64,000 bases of DNA from Fistulifera solaris. Its lineage: Eukaryota. The notes beneath the pieces are model-generated. The model saw only the letters and a program-made list of their open reading frames with translations. It was not told the DNA's origin and made no database searches. A program made the position numbers and the translations under genes. The stretch lies in assembly GCA_030295235.1 (NCBI GenBank), contig AP026124.1:124001-188000 (forward strand), written 5' to 3'. Of this stretch, positions 1 to 15,931 are shown piece by piece; within the stretch, counting starts at the first letter, position 1; each line of letters opens with the position of its first letter.

Positions 1-476
1 GTGACGACGATTGATGGTTCCGCGGATAAAATCACCGGAGCCACACTGGGTGATTCCGTGAGTATCACTGGACTTCGCGTCGGGCGAAAGGTCGGTAAAG
101 TCGTCGGAACACACTGATCCAAATAAGGTTGAAAGTCGCATTTCAATTCACACGTATAATTTAATGTTTGCAGCGAAAATGGATCGACTGTACACGTTTG
201 ATACCATGCTAATGCTTCCGCCTCACAGACGGAACAACAACGCACCAATCCACAAAAGATTCTTTGTACATCATCACAGCTTTTGGGTTGGGGAGTGACT
301 AAAGTAGGCGTACCGTCGGTCGGATCTGGATCGCAGGCTCCACAGGGACAGGGAGAATTGTTCAAGACGCAATCGCGATAAGGTTGCAAGCCGGCTGTTG
401 AGCATTCCTGGCCTTGCAGTGTTCTAAGTAATACGAAAACCAATGAAAGAATCAAATAGTAGTGATAGAATGACAT
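1..476 (-). CDS. Secreted Cys-rich protein with Pro/Thr/Ser linker (5' part; runs off window)
   Basis: My translation from ATG at 476: MSFYHYYLILSLVFVLLRTLQG (signal peptide-like), a Cys-rich block ([17 protein letters not shown]), then PTTLPTFRPTRSP. Open to the window edge, so absent from the ORF track. Confidence 0.7.
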   Translation of the reverse strand, partial: MSFYHYYLILSLVFVLLRTLQGQECSTAGLQPYRDCVLNNSPCPCGACDPDPTDGTPTLVTPQPKSCDDVQRIFCGLVRCCSVCEAEALAWYQTCTVDPFSLQTLNYTCELKCDFQPYLDQCVPTTLPTFRPTRSPVILTESPSVAPVILSAEPSIVV

Positions 477-996
477 TTTTGATAGGTAGTGAGTAATATT
501 ACGAAGAAGAAAGAGAAATAAGTGCAAGTTACTGCATCGTTATTGTCATCGTTCATGTTGCCAAAATGCCGATCTCCATCCATTCGTCCATTATTCATTC
601 GTGTTTCATTCGTTTGCGTTTTGGCAAGACTGGTACCATTTCCGTTGGATTGTTGTACGACATCAGTTGTCTGTTGAAAAGTCTGTGGCGGAGAACCGTG
701 ACGATGCAGTGCGATCTTTAACATCGCATGATGCTACCTGGTACCGTACCTGGTACTTCCTTCATCTTTCTTCATTGTTGCTGTACTTGGTACTTCTTGA
801 CACCGTTTTCTTATTAGATCGATTCAAAAGGCTTAAATATTCAAGAAAAGACTGGTGTGTTGAACGGCGATTCAAGTTCCCGTCGATGCGCATCGAGAAA
901 CTCTTGTCATTCGCCATTTTGAGAATTCCTTCCGTCATGACATTTACTGTACGACCGATTTCTTCACGAACAACTACTACTACTGCCTCAAGAGAT

Positions 997-2304
997 ATGC
1001 AAGAACAAAATACAATGGATACTATCAATAGCACAGGTGCAGCGCTTGGTGGTACAACAACTGCTCACGTTTCACGAGAAGAAATGCGTCAGCGAAGACT
1101 GGAGGCTCTAGGACAGGCTGAATTTTCTACCGAAACGTCTGCTGCAGCTGCTCCTTTTTCCGGTCAATCTTCTGCGCGTCATCCTATTTATGACCTTTGC
1201 AACAGCGATGATGATGATGACGACGACGATGATGATGATGTAAAAGAGGATAATCCACAAACACCAACCGCTAGCAATGAAAGCGATAGTGACGATGATG
1301 ATAGCGTCAATCTTTTGGATTATGCTATCGTGGCACCATCGCGGAGCACACGATCTATGCCAAAGACGTCTTCCAGCTCACGAAAACGCCCAGCGGCAGC
1401 GCTCTTGTCGATAAATCCCACGTCCCCGGCTAACTTTCAAATTGTCACCTACAATCTATGGTTCCAAACGGTCCATCCTACCGAACGCATGAATGCCATT
1501 GCACAGATTCTATCGCAGTGCCATCAACCCGACAACCCACTCGTTATGGTAGGGTTCCAAGAGGTCATACCACTGCTGGCTTCGGTGCTATTTCCCGCTC
1601 TGGAACTCCAAGGATATACCATCGTGCGTCAGCCCATTAAATTCGTTCCTTACGGATGTGCCATGGCAATTCGAAATGACGTGGCTACCATTCTGGACTC
1701 GGGGTTTCGACCCTTCCGTCATTCGAATATGGACCGTGGTATTTTGTACGCGCGAGTCCGACTCTCGACGGCGCAGGAAATCTTGTTTACTACGACCCAT
1801 TTGGAATCATGGGCGGGGGAAGACCATCCCGGATCGACGCAACGACAAAGTCAAATTCTGGAAATGGAAGCCTTTTGCGTACAGACCGTATCCATATATC
1901 CCAATGTACAATGTGCAGTCATTACGGGTGATTTGAATTGGGATGATGAGCGAGCACGCAGTGCTGGACCGGATCCCGTGATGTTAGGGCATTTGAAAGA
2001 GCCATGGAAAGATGCTTGGGAGCATTTGCACGGCGACAACAAGAAAGCGGTCGGTTATACCTATGACGCCAAGTTAAATCCTATGTTGGGAGGAAATCTT
2101 CGACGGCGATTTGACCGCATATTATTGTACCCCGACAATGTGTCCCAAGTACAACGCACCGAGTTCTTGGGGAAAGAAGCATTACCAGGCCTTTCGTGGG
2201 ATAAGACGAATCCGTACAACAATACAGTACGTTCGGTTCCCGTGGCTCCTAGTGATCATTTTGGTTTACTTGCGCAAATTACCGTCGAGACGACTTTGAA
2301 ATAA
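997..2304 (+). CDS. TDP2: Tyrosyl-DNA phosphodiesterase 2-like EEP-family phosphodiesterase
   Basis: EEP motifs TYNLWF, FQEV, TTHLES, GDLNW, TYD, RFDR, SDHFGL. Acidic low-complexity N-terminus. Start codon uncertain (ATGs near 937, 997, 1015). Confidence 0.8.
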   Translation: MQEQNTMDTINSTGAALGGTTTAHVSREEMRQRRLEALGQAEFSTETSAAAAPFSGQSSARHPIYDLCNSDDDDDDDDDDDVKEDNPQTPTASNESDSDDDDSVNLLDYAIVAPSRSTRSMPKTSSSSRKRPAAALLSINPTSPANFQIVTYNLWFQTVHPTERMNAIAQILSQCHQPDNPLVMVGFQEVIPLLASVLFPALELQGYTIVRQPIKFVPYGCAMAIRNDVATILDSGFRPFRHSNMDRGILYARVRLSTAQEILFTTTHLESWAGEDHPGSTQRQSQILEMEAFCVQTVSIYPNVQCAVITGDLNWDDERARSAGPDPVMLGHLKEPWKDAWEHLHGDNKKAVGYTYDAKLNPMLGGNLRRRFDRILLYPDNVSQVQRTEFLGKEALPGLSWDKTNPYNNTVRSVPVAPSDHFGLLAQITVETTLK

Positions 2305-2345
2305 ATTAGCCGTCTAGTGCGACGAAGCAACTGAAGGTGTAAGCT

Positions 2346-3030
2346 CTAGTGCCTCCCTGCTTTGGTCACCCACTACAGTTCGGCCAAATAGCTCGGCCAA
2401 CTGTGCAGACTATGCTCATTATAGTACTAAAAATATTATTATAGGCTTTAATGTAGTTCGTTTGTAGTAGTAATTGTGAAGCATATAATTACTGTAAATG
2501 ACAGCGGACGACGTTTCTTTTCGATCATTCGATGCAATAAAAACAGGGATTATTCATTCACAAACCTTGTCCGATGTCAATTAATCTTCGCTCAAGATAT
2601 CAGCCATGAGACGAAAGTCTTGAGAAAGACCGTAGTCCACGCTGCTGTCGTCACTGTCATTGAGAAATGAACCTTCTCGAGGAAATGATTGCCCGATCGC
2701 GCGGCCACAATTGCAGGAAAGGGCTCATCGTCTCGATTTTCCTGCACCTCAGAATATTTCGAGGAACAAGCTTTGATGTGTGAAGATGCTCAACAGAAAG
2801 AACATTTCATTATTCTGTCGATTTGAATTTGAATGTGTTTGTTGTTTGGAGAAAAAACGGCGGACGCTTTCGATTCAATAACGCGAAAATTCTCCTACGT
2901 AGACCAGACCAACGTCAAATTAGTACTACGCACAATCCGCACAAGTGGCCGAAACCGGTACTTGATAAGTATGAGCTATATAGTAGTACCCAACTCGGCC
3001 ACCTGGCCGACCGAAACAGCGAGGCACTAG
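2346..3030. mobile_element. Non-autonomous DNA transposon / MITE with imperfect terminal inverted repeats
   Basis: Left CTAGTGCCTCCCTGCTTTGGTC vs reverse complement of right end CTAGTGCCTCGCTGTTTCGGTC. Subterminal TCGGCCA (2380, 2393, 2995) and TGGCCGA (2946, 3004). Inner inverted match 2393-2430 vs 2920-2952. No credible ORF. Confidence 0.65.
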
Positions 3031-3976
3031 TCATTCTCATATAACAAATATTTAAGTCATCTCCGAGCATTGTAGTTGTCTTAGTTTACAACTAAAGCTC
3101 GGAAGATAGGACATAGACGTCCTTTGTGTACCTGTTCTCCCGGCTCCCGGATTATCTTCGTCCGTTAAATGAATTCAGTAAGTTTTTTTGTTCCAAAGTC
3201 AAACGATTCAAGTCATCTAGCGGAATGTGAAACTACAAGGGCCGATATGCGAGGTAAACCACAAACCACAAACCACAGAGGGCGGGCTGCTAACCTCCAC
3301 TCTATGAACCCGAATAGGGATCTTAGCCAATGATTCTCATTGATCTAGCTAGTTTACTGGCTATTGGTACCAGAACCTTGCCGTCTACGGTCTGCCACTG
3401 ATGCCGGCAATATGATGCTTCAAGCTTCAATGGGCAATTTAATGAGCTCTCTGTAGTTTACCCCTTTGTGGAGAATCTCTTGCTGGGAACCACAAACCAA
3501 ACTTTTCGCTCCACTCTTGACTGCAAAAGCTTGAAGCGGGGAATGCGGAGCGCGGAGCACATCGCACATGAAGGATGTACAAGTATGACTGTGATGACAA
3601 GGTGCTTGTACTTTTTACAATGGGGTAACAGGGGAAAAGTCATGGTCATGGGTCATGGGCAATCGGGTTAGTTGACTAATGACCCTGTTTTATGGGCAAC
3701 GGGCAACGCACGGTAGATTACGATCAAGGATCAATATCATTTTTTTACTGATAGTTGTCCGGGGAAGATTTTTTGGTCATAAGTTTCAGGGATCTGTATG
3801 TGCAACTTCATCCTGAACAGTGTAAAAATGCTTCTAAGGTCGTACTTGAAATACGAGTGTCGCTTCGACTTTGGCTTTCCAGGAAGTCCGACTAGCGAAG
3901 AAAAGGGACGCGAAAAACATCGGCGCTGAGCGCAAATTGTTGCCATAAAACAATAACGACTACAACTTTCACAGAC

Positions 3977-5608
<1,632 letters not shown>

Positions 5609-7095
5609 TCACAAAGGCTACGTTTTGGCTGTTTCCGTGATCGATCCAATTCATAACTCTCCTCATATAATGATAGTAATTTCATAGAATTCTTTTTCAT
5701 TCGTGAAACTGTCTTCGACGTCTTTTGAACAATTCCTCGATCATACGTCCTTTCATTTGTCAGGCACTCAGGTACCAAGAACTGATGAAAGTGTATTGTT
5801 ATGAATCGTGTTCTTTCTTCTGCGCTACGTTGCCTGTCGACAAATTGAATCCTTTTCCTCCACCCTGCCGATATCATATTGCCTAGTCACCCGCTTGTCT
5901 TCTCTACGTTATAATAAGCGATTCTCTGGCTCATACTGTATAGGAGACGCTTTAACTGCGTGAGGTCGTCTTCGACGTGATGAGATAAGTAAGGTTCGCG
6001 TATCATGTGATTTTCAACCGAAAGGATCACAGAAAAATCTTACTCTAAAGAAGAGGTCTGAAAGGTTGTGTGTTGTGCGTCATGCAGAGGTTAAAGAGAT
6101 TTACAAGACAAGAGAAAACCAAAGTTCACCAAACCATTCATAATCTCAATTTGTTGTTGTCCTTGTTATTCTCATTCATCTTTGACGATCGCGATGGTTT
6201 GGCGGTCGATGATGATTGATGATGGATTCATTCTTCATCATGATGGTCGCAATGCGATACGCGATTGCGCCAGTTTTGACTCAATAATATAGTACTATCA
6301 TGAAAATAGTAAACCACTTTTAATCCGACTCAAATAGTTTTCGGTCACGGATTTTGCCCTCACAACAAGTTTTATCTGCAATGCTTTGTTGAATACAGTG
6401 GAAACTAAGCTCCGCAATGCCAAAACATACTCAAGAACGATAATATGACAACCGAGAAGTCTATTTTCTCAAATCTGCAATTGTTTTCACATCATGAATA
6501 ATGATCCAACTATAATTGATTTTCGGGCGTGCTATCGCGAGCAACGATGATCGATAATCGACGATGGTGATTGATATCGCTCGACGCAGGCGCAATTGAT
6601 TTGATTCCTTCGCTTAACATCGAAAGCATTCCTTTGTCTTGAAGTCTTTGCAAAGTAGAGGAGGACGGAAGACCGGAGGCCTCGCGCTGGTTCAATTCGT
6701 GGGTTTGTTGTGTTCCTTCGCTTATCAAGTCTATTGGCTCGTGGACGTCGGACTTGACTGTATTAGTTTATGGTAGTCGTAGTCTCCGTACCAGTTAATT
6801 CAAAGGTCATCGCAATAAGTCATTAGCCTTAATGGTGTCATGATTTCATGATTACAAAATATTATATAAGTAATAATAGTCATTATGTATAATTGTTCTC
6901 TTCACAATTCACAAACCTTCGCATCGGTCTTTCCGATTTAAAGTCTTTACTCTCTCTACCTGCGCTGACGTAAAACATCGTCTTTCGCGAAGAAACCATT
7001 GAGAAACCCCGACGAAGAGGGGCTCCAATTTCGATCCGAAGATAGCAACATTTTTGCAATAACTTTCTTGCAAACCAAAAGCCGTGAAATTGAAG

Positions 7096-8793
<1,698 letters not shown>

Positions 8794-9527
8794 TTAGCTG
8801 TCGCTATCCGTGCTCTTCCTAACGAAGGCCACAACCCGATTTATTCGTGACCAACAAAATTCATAACTTTCCTCATAATCAATCAGTTTTTGCCTAACGT
8901 CTGCTTCCCTTTTTCGTATAGTGAGTACAGAGTCATCAAGCGATAGATTTTGTCTTGACTCATTTTGAATAGGTAGCGGTTTGCCACAAGAGGAGGAAGT
9001 ATTGCAGCACAAATCGGTGTCATGCTCACAGAGCAAGTCTTATTCATCCAAGAAAAATGTCAATATTTAGTTTTATATTGGGAGGGCTCCTCATTGCTGT
9101 AAACGACGCGGCACAATATTCCCAGCCCACAAAAGATGTTTCTTACCGATTAAACTTCACGATTCACGACTCCTCTTGCTCTTTCATGCACGGTTCGTGG
9201 CCGTCCAAATGTCAAAATTGCATTCTTACTTCAGGAAATTAGGGAATTATTTTTTTAGTTTATTTTGGTAGTAAATTAACGTGCAAAAAAATCCGATTAA
9301 CTTAAATCGTTTTCATTGGTTTTGTCCCAATGGTCCGTAGAAGAACTATTTGCATTCTCTTCTTCCTTCGTCACGTATTTATTTAGAATGTAACCCAAGA
9401 CCAAAGATACGGTAGGTGACTCTAATAATGATTATCATTTATCATTATTTCGCATTACCAATTTACCCGAACTTCGGAAAAGGCCCTTGGCTCTTGCCGA
9501 AGACCGAAGACAAGATCTATGACTTCA

Positions 9528-10021
9528 GATGATCTATTTCTATTCTTCTCACCTCTCTCCTCTTTCCCAGTCTTTCTTCCTCGAGTTATGAACTACGGAG
9601 TCTCAGCTATGAGCTATGAGCCACTGTTAGACGTTAGCTATCAACCCCCTTGTACCGGTACCACTGATGTCTTATGCACCGAGTCCAGTCGCTACTCCTA
9701 TCGCCACCCCTACATCTTCTGCCCTTGTTCCAACTCCCACTTCTCTGGTTGCAACACCAACGATTGCAACTTCTGCCCCCGTGGCTGCCCCAAGACCAAT
9801 CGCAACTCCCATTACAGCCTCGACGGCCATTTCTCCTGTTGAAACGCCCACTCCACCGGTTGTCACACCAACGGCTCCCCCGTGGCAACTCCGAGTTCAA
9901 TCGCAAGCCGGTCGCCAAACCTACTCGAGCAAAGCCTAAATGCTTGGTTTCGGGAACACGGTGTTCCGGTCCTCCTAAATGCTGCATTGGCATTTGCCGG
10001 GCGAATCGCAAATGCAGATAA
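9528..10021 (+). other. Protease-less Pro/Thr stalk + 6-Cys knottin-like unit (frameshifted small secreted gene or relic)
   Basis: PT-rich frame 9667-9939; another frame ends CLVSGTRCSGPPKCCIGICRANRKCR*. Upstream hydrophobic stretch SISILLTSLLFPSLSS in a third frame. No catalytic motifs nearby. Confidence 0.5.
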
Positions 10022-10212
10022 CATATTATCGCCTTGGACGAAAGACAGTTCAATCTCAAGCCAAACTTACAAATATTCATAATCAGCCTCATAACGTCAA
10101 CTAGAATCCCTTCTTCATGAATGTTTAGTCTCATCGACCTAAAACAGATCGGCAACTTTAGCATACTATTTCTTGAATCGGCTATGAAAAAGACCAAGCA
10201 AACAACATTCGT

Positions 10213-11659
10213 TTATGATCGTAAGGAAGATTGTTCGATATCGGCTGTCATGCGCATCGCCATTCGTCTTGCTTCGTCGATATTCGCGGGCAAAACTTTG
10301 CGACACGGCGTCCCCTCCGGTAGACCAAAGGTAAAGTAAAAATGATTCGAAACACGTGCGCTTACTTTTTCGGGTTCGGTCACCCAGGCTTCGACTTCGA
10401 CCATGATCAGAGGCATCTTCAGGTGATTCGCCACATAATCTCCGAGAAAGCCTCCTTCTGGTTTCGTATACAAAATCCGTGAATTGAAGACCAGCAAATC
10501 ACCCACATCAACCGGCGCATCGAAGCTAATGTCGTCCACCTCTAAGAAATGCGGCCGCTTCCCTCCAAACAGGTAGGCATTCGCATAGGCCAGCTCAAAA
10601 GCACGCCGCATCAAAAATCCACCAAAGATACGATTGTGTAGATTGCGGACTTGCGGTTGCGCGGTCATGGCGTTCTGCATCGAGGTCCGATTCATGAGAA
10701 TGGAGTGAGGATCCGCCAAGGACGGCATTCTGAGCAGGGGTCCAGCTTCTTGCAAAAGAGACGCAGCCAATTGATCGAGTTTGAGTGAGTCTTCGGATAG
10801 AGGTTGTCCTACTTGTAGTCGATTTTTCCGACGAACTCTTTTGGCTTGTGCCTTTAACGCACCCAGTTCAAATTGTGCTCGCTCTTCGTTGGTGACGGGG
10901 AGTAAAGGTGGCATCGCGACCGGCTTTTTCGATTGTGGATCCAAGGTAACGAATGTAAAGTATGCTTCCAGCCATTCTTCTTGTGTGTCTACCTCGGTGC
11001 ATTGCATTCGAATTTCCATACTACTAGTGCCGACCCAAGTAACTTTCCCCGACAAACTAAGATCTTTTTGCACAGAAGCGCGATTACGGGTACGAATGCG
11101 ATCCACCGCAGCTGTTACAATCAGCGGATTACCAAAGACATGATTGAATGCAATATTTCCAGCCAATGCATCGAGATCTTCCATGATCTATCAATCAGAT
11201 GAAGTGAGTTGAAAACAAACGTCCAGGTCTATCATCCCCCAAAATACTCACCTTTCCTATTCTCATTTCACCCCACGGACTTTGGTAGGCTTCCCGCAGA
11301 ATGAGATCATTCGAAAATGGGTACATGATTTCGGTGGCGGATTCGGAAGGAGTGCGACCACGCCGTTCATCGGACGAGGAACGTCCTTCTTGCAAGACCG
11401 CTGCCGCGGCGCGGCTTACATCGGTACTACTCGTCGATCCCGTGTCGCTCAAACTCAAGCGCTGCTTGGCTTCTTGACGAGCGGCCCACAATTTAGCGAC
11501 GATGGGGTTCTTGAATTGTGCTTCTAAGGGGATTTCGTTGGTCGTTTTCGACGAAAAAAGGTGCACGAGCAAGAAGTGAAAAGATGATCCTTTATTTCTT
11601 CTTCCTTTTCCGTGTAAAGCGTTGCATTTCAGTAGTCTTGGTATGTTGAATACGCTCAT
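10213..11659 (-). CDS. Acyl-CoA thioesterase 9-like double hot-dog protein, probably mitochondrial; exons 11659-11252 and 11187-10213
   Basis: Spliced junction reads SPWGEMRIGK|IMEDLDALA; IVTAAVDRI; RNLHNRIFGGFLMRRAFELA; GT-AG intron 11251-11188. Confidence 0.85.
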
Positions 11660-12060
11660 TGAGAGTTTCAAAAAAGAAAGATCGTAAGGAACTTGTTGTT
11701 TCAATGTTCTAATGGCTTTTTATTTTTAGATCGAAGGTCACACAAGACACAACGTTTGTTGCGGCAATAAAAAAATGCGCGGCGCTCCATTTCGTCTGTC
11801 CTGCAATACGGACAGACGACCGGATTTCTTAGTATAGGCCAAAGTGTTGTCTTGTACGACATAGGATGAGACACGATGAGACACACAAGACGTCGAAAGC
11901 GTCAAATCAAAACCCGCACCCCGCACACACCTCATACGTAGTAACCACGCAAATCATTTGACGATAAGACTGTAAAGTAATAAGCTTGCAACAGATCCAA
12001 TAAACCAGCTGGGAAGGTTCGTTTTGATTCCAGACGTGTAGTTGCTTGTGTGCAGAAGCA

Positions 12061-15000
12061 ATGGAAGATGGGCAGTCGAAAAGAAAATTACAACCAGTTG
12101 ATCCAGACGATACAATAGAAACAATGGCGAAACGCTCTCGCCCGAAGAAGAACAAAAGCAAGGATGATCATGACGCGTCTGCTGGTGATCCTTTACTTCC
12201 TTCACCTTCTGCTCTCCCTGAAGTAGCAGTCGACATTCCTAAAACGTTCAGTCGCATGCGACTGGAAGCCATCTTTATCCCAAATTCGAAAACGAACAAA
12301 AGGAAAATCAACGAACTCGAGAACAAATGAAGGAGCGCGTCTTGGACAAGCAAGGCTATCTTGAAGCCTCCATTAAACATTCGGGGAGTTTGATTTTGTG
12401 GTCGGGTGGTGAACGCTTTTATAGCAAAAACTCCACCAACAATGTCTTTACGGACTGCGCGGAAATTTTGTTGCGGCAACACTTTGTGAGGGCGTACTGG
12501 AATGACGACAATAATAATGGCGATCGTATGTTTCGCGAATGCAGTGAATACGTGGAGCAAAATCGATACACACTAGCTTTTGAAGTGGTCACATCCTTTT
12601 GGGTGATCATGGGGATCGGCCGAACCGAGATTTCTTGATATTGACCGCTGTCGCTGTCAAATCCGCGTCACCTTATTTTATGCCAACCTTAGAGCTTGTT
12701 GATTTGGCACAACGGTTTCGATTGCCTCACAATGATGCCTGGGTCTTTTCGACTCCTACCGCTGTGGATTCCCTTTTCAGGATTTACGATAACAGTCGCG
12801 AGACGGGTCTAGCATCCACTATCAACCCAGCTTTGTCCGAAGCGGCGGATGTTCATGTTTCGAGCATGTATCCGCATGAGATATTCCAAGGTGATATTAT
12901 GGAAGGTATTGTCATTCGTTACGTAGCCTCTCCGGGCGACTTGGCTGCTACGCTCGACCGTGTGAAGGAGCTATCGAAGAAATCAATCGAAATACTCAAA
13001 AGTATCGTTCCTTCTACTCTGGCTGCGTGTCCAAACCTTGTGAAGCAGAAGTCGGATAAAAATACTCATAGTGCTGTAATCCGGGCTGATCTTCGACAGA
13101 TATACAAGGAATCGCAAGTATGTGACGAAAGAGCATTTGATTTGGACGTGAGAAACTTACTGGAAGAAAGCCAGAAAGAGCGACAAACGGTAAAGGTAAA
13201 ACAATTCGCGAGTATCGACATTACACAAGTAGTTGAAACACTGCAGCAATCATCGGATTTGGAAACAAAGCGGATTGCTCGGACAATATCACTTTTGGCT
13301 TCATTGAAAGATCGAGTTCAATACGCTTTGTTTCAGGAACAAACGTCGGACACAAATCGTTGGCTCTGCATTGTGCATGTCTTATTTGATCGGACATTTC
13401 CCAAATACCGTGAACGAAACAAAGACTCTCTCGACATGGAGCTTTTTCGTGGGTTTTGCATTGAGCTTATGGAATATGCAAACGAAGACGAGCCTATCGA
13501 CGACGCGACCATGTCACATATTTCGATGCAAAAACAAGAAGAGCCTCTCATGCTCAAAATGAAACTTCTTCCGTACATGATTCGTACCTTTTGCTGTCGA
13601 AATGGACTGGCGACCATAAAGTCGGGTGGTCCATCTGCATTTTCTCTTTACTGCCAAAATCTTCTTTCCAAATGGGGCATTTCTCGACAAGGAATGGAAG
13701 CATGGCAACCATTTCTGGACGCTTGGGGCGTGTATGCTAGCGCTGTACTTGCTGAAAGTTCTGTGATCCCCGATGACAAAGTAGCCAGCTTGCGAGACGG
13801 TCAACCAAAAGTAGCACTCAACAGTCGAAACTTCTTGGACCACGTATTTTACTTCACGAGACTCTACGACACCGGTTATTATTCTGGGCTGTCTCATCAG
13901 CCGGATGAATCGGGATCATTCAGAGGATTAGTTATTGTGGTCGGACCCGACGCTGTTTCGGCCTCCGCAGTTGCTGACTTCCTGGCACAACAGTGGTGTA
14001 GTGCAAAGCGTCTTGACGATGTGTCGAAGTTGGATAAATCTTTCATGGAACGCTCACTCATGCGCGGAGGAGGGCATGTTCTTAGTGTAGGTCTACTCGA
14101 CAATTACGCGGGCGCCGGGAAAGTCAGAGATTTAATGAAAGAGTTCAAAGATGTCATAGCGATGGTTCTGTTTGATGTGGTTGGCAATTCGGACATTATG
14201 AAAGAACCCAAAACAAAAGGGCTTTTGAAATCTTGGCAAAAAATCGACTGCGGAAAAATGTTCACGTTGTCAGGAAAATCTTTATTTCGAGAGGATGGAT
14301 CGCTCGAAGCCGATGAAAAATTCCAAACAATGGTAAACGAATGTACCTTTCGAAATTCTTGCGATAAACCTGGCATACTGGTATTTTTCCCGCAAATTCC
14401 TGGCTGCGGTAAATCGTGTTTGACGAGCGATGAAGATCGCATACGTGTCGCGATCGAAAGCTGCGGCGCTGCTGAAAAGTCAAGAAAGGTGCTAGTGATC
14501 GCTGGTGATAAAACCAAGGACAAGTATTGGCCAAAAGTAAAGCACACTAGACTTCGAGACACCTCGTCAGTGGTTTTAGCGGACAAAAACGCTCCGACGC
14601 CATCGTGGGGAATGATTGGCGAGGTTTGTGAGCTCACTCAAGCTGTTGCGGTTCCTGTTCTTGCCCAAGATGCTTTACAAACAACGGATATTGCTGGGGC
14701 CCGTTCCCTACACGGCGACGAAGAAGCAGACACGAAACACGTCTATCCTTATTCTCTTGCTTATCTTGCTGTTTGCATGGCTCGCGTTCTTGACCGATCA
14801 CAAGGAAGTCACCCGGGAAAGTTAGATCGTGGAACAAAGCGCGCATGTATCATCGTGCTGCAATTTTACAGCATGTACCGCAACTTAACGGCAGAGCAGT
14901 TTGAGGACGTGATGAGGTCTAAATTTGAGGTCAAAGGAGCAACGTTCTCGGTGTTGCCTATCAGCATCCCATTCTTCCGAACCGGTGCGATGGATGAAGG

Positions 15001-15931
15001 TCTTTCAAGCCATTTGCAAGAAGTATTGATTGATGGGCTCAAACTATTGGTAAGAAAACACATGTCTCCCTGAAATTGATTTCCCCTTTATCTTACTCCA
15101 CCTTTTGTAGTTTGGAATTGAGCTTGATCGAGAGAAGATAAAGGTAAGCAACACACAAGTTACTAATTTACGACTACGTTTTCTTGGCTAAAATATGCAT
15201 TTCAGTCGTTGACAGAAGCAGAAAAGCAAGACGCAAAACGAATCGAAAACGAGGCTCTGGATGAGATGGATATTCGACTTCGAGCCGCCATATCACTTCA
15301 TCGGGATTCTATCCTTGCGCTATCCAGCGATGAAGAAACAACAAAAGAAAAGTTCGTGACTCAATTGAAGGAGAAAGTAGCCGCCTGCGATGAGATGAAA
15401 TCGTATGATTCGAAACCTTCAAAGTTCATCAAATTGGCATCTTTAGATGTGAATCATGAAGACATTATGAGCATATTGAAATCGTTTCAGGGTAAACCTC
15501 AGTTGCAGGAGGTCTTGAAAAATATTGTGGGCGACCGCGAAATAGAAGAAGTAGTCTTCCACGGCAGCGATCGCCGGATCGTGGCCAAGCCTCACGTGAC
15601 GCTGGCTCACTTTAGTGATATGGCACAAGATGAACTCCGAAAGAACTTTGATCATTTGTGTGGCCGTAAAGTGTTGTTGTCTGTTGTCGCCCTTTTTTGG
15701 AGCAGGGATAATGTAGCCCTCGAAGTGAAAGTTGACAATACAACGACTTGCGGTATCGAGCTACCGACCTCCCGAAACGACTTTACTCACATAACAGTGT
15801 GGGTCCATGACAATAGTTCGGCGGTCAAATCGAATCAGCTTCCAAAATTGGTTGAGAATCAAGAGGCATCCAAGTTTGACTTTCCCCAACCTTTCTTATT
15901 GGAAGGATCTTTGTCGTTGTGGGAGAGTTGA
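12061..15931 (+). CDS. Plant-type trifunctional tRNA ligase (Trl1/RNL-like: adenylyltransferase - polynucleotide kinase - 2',3'-cyclic phosphodiesterase)
   Basis: AIF(Y)PKFENE, motif I KHSGSL, YSKNS, AFEVVT..GDHGDRP, EGIVIR, MLKMK. P-loop VFFPQIPGCGKS, VLADKNAP, HPGKLD. 2H motifs HVTLAH and HITVW. Single-T deletions near 12275 and 12598. Introns 15050-15110 and 15144-15205 flank a 33 nt exon (FGIELDREKIK). Confidence 0.85.

Noticed and set aside
601..936. 5' extension of the 567 aa TDP2 ORF
   Set aside because: Begins at GTG and crosses the divergent promoter; eukaryotic ATG starts lie downstream.
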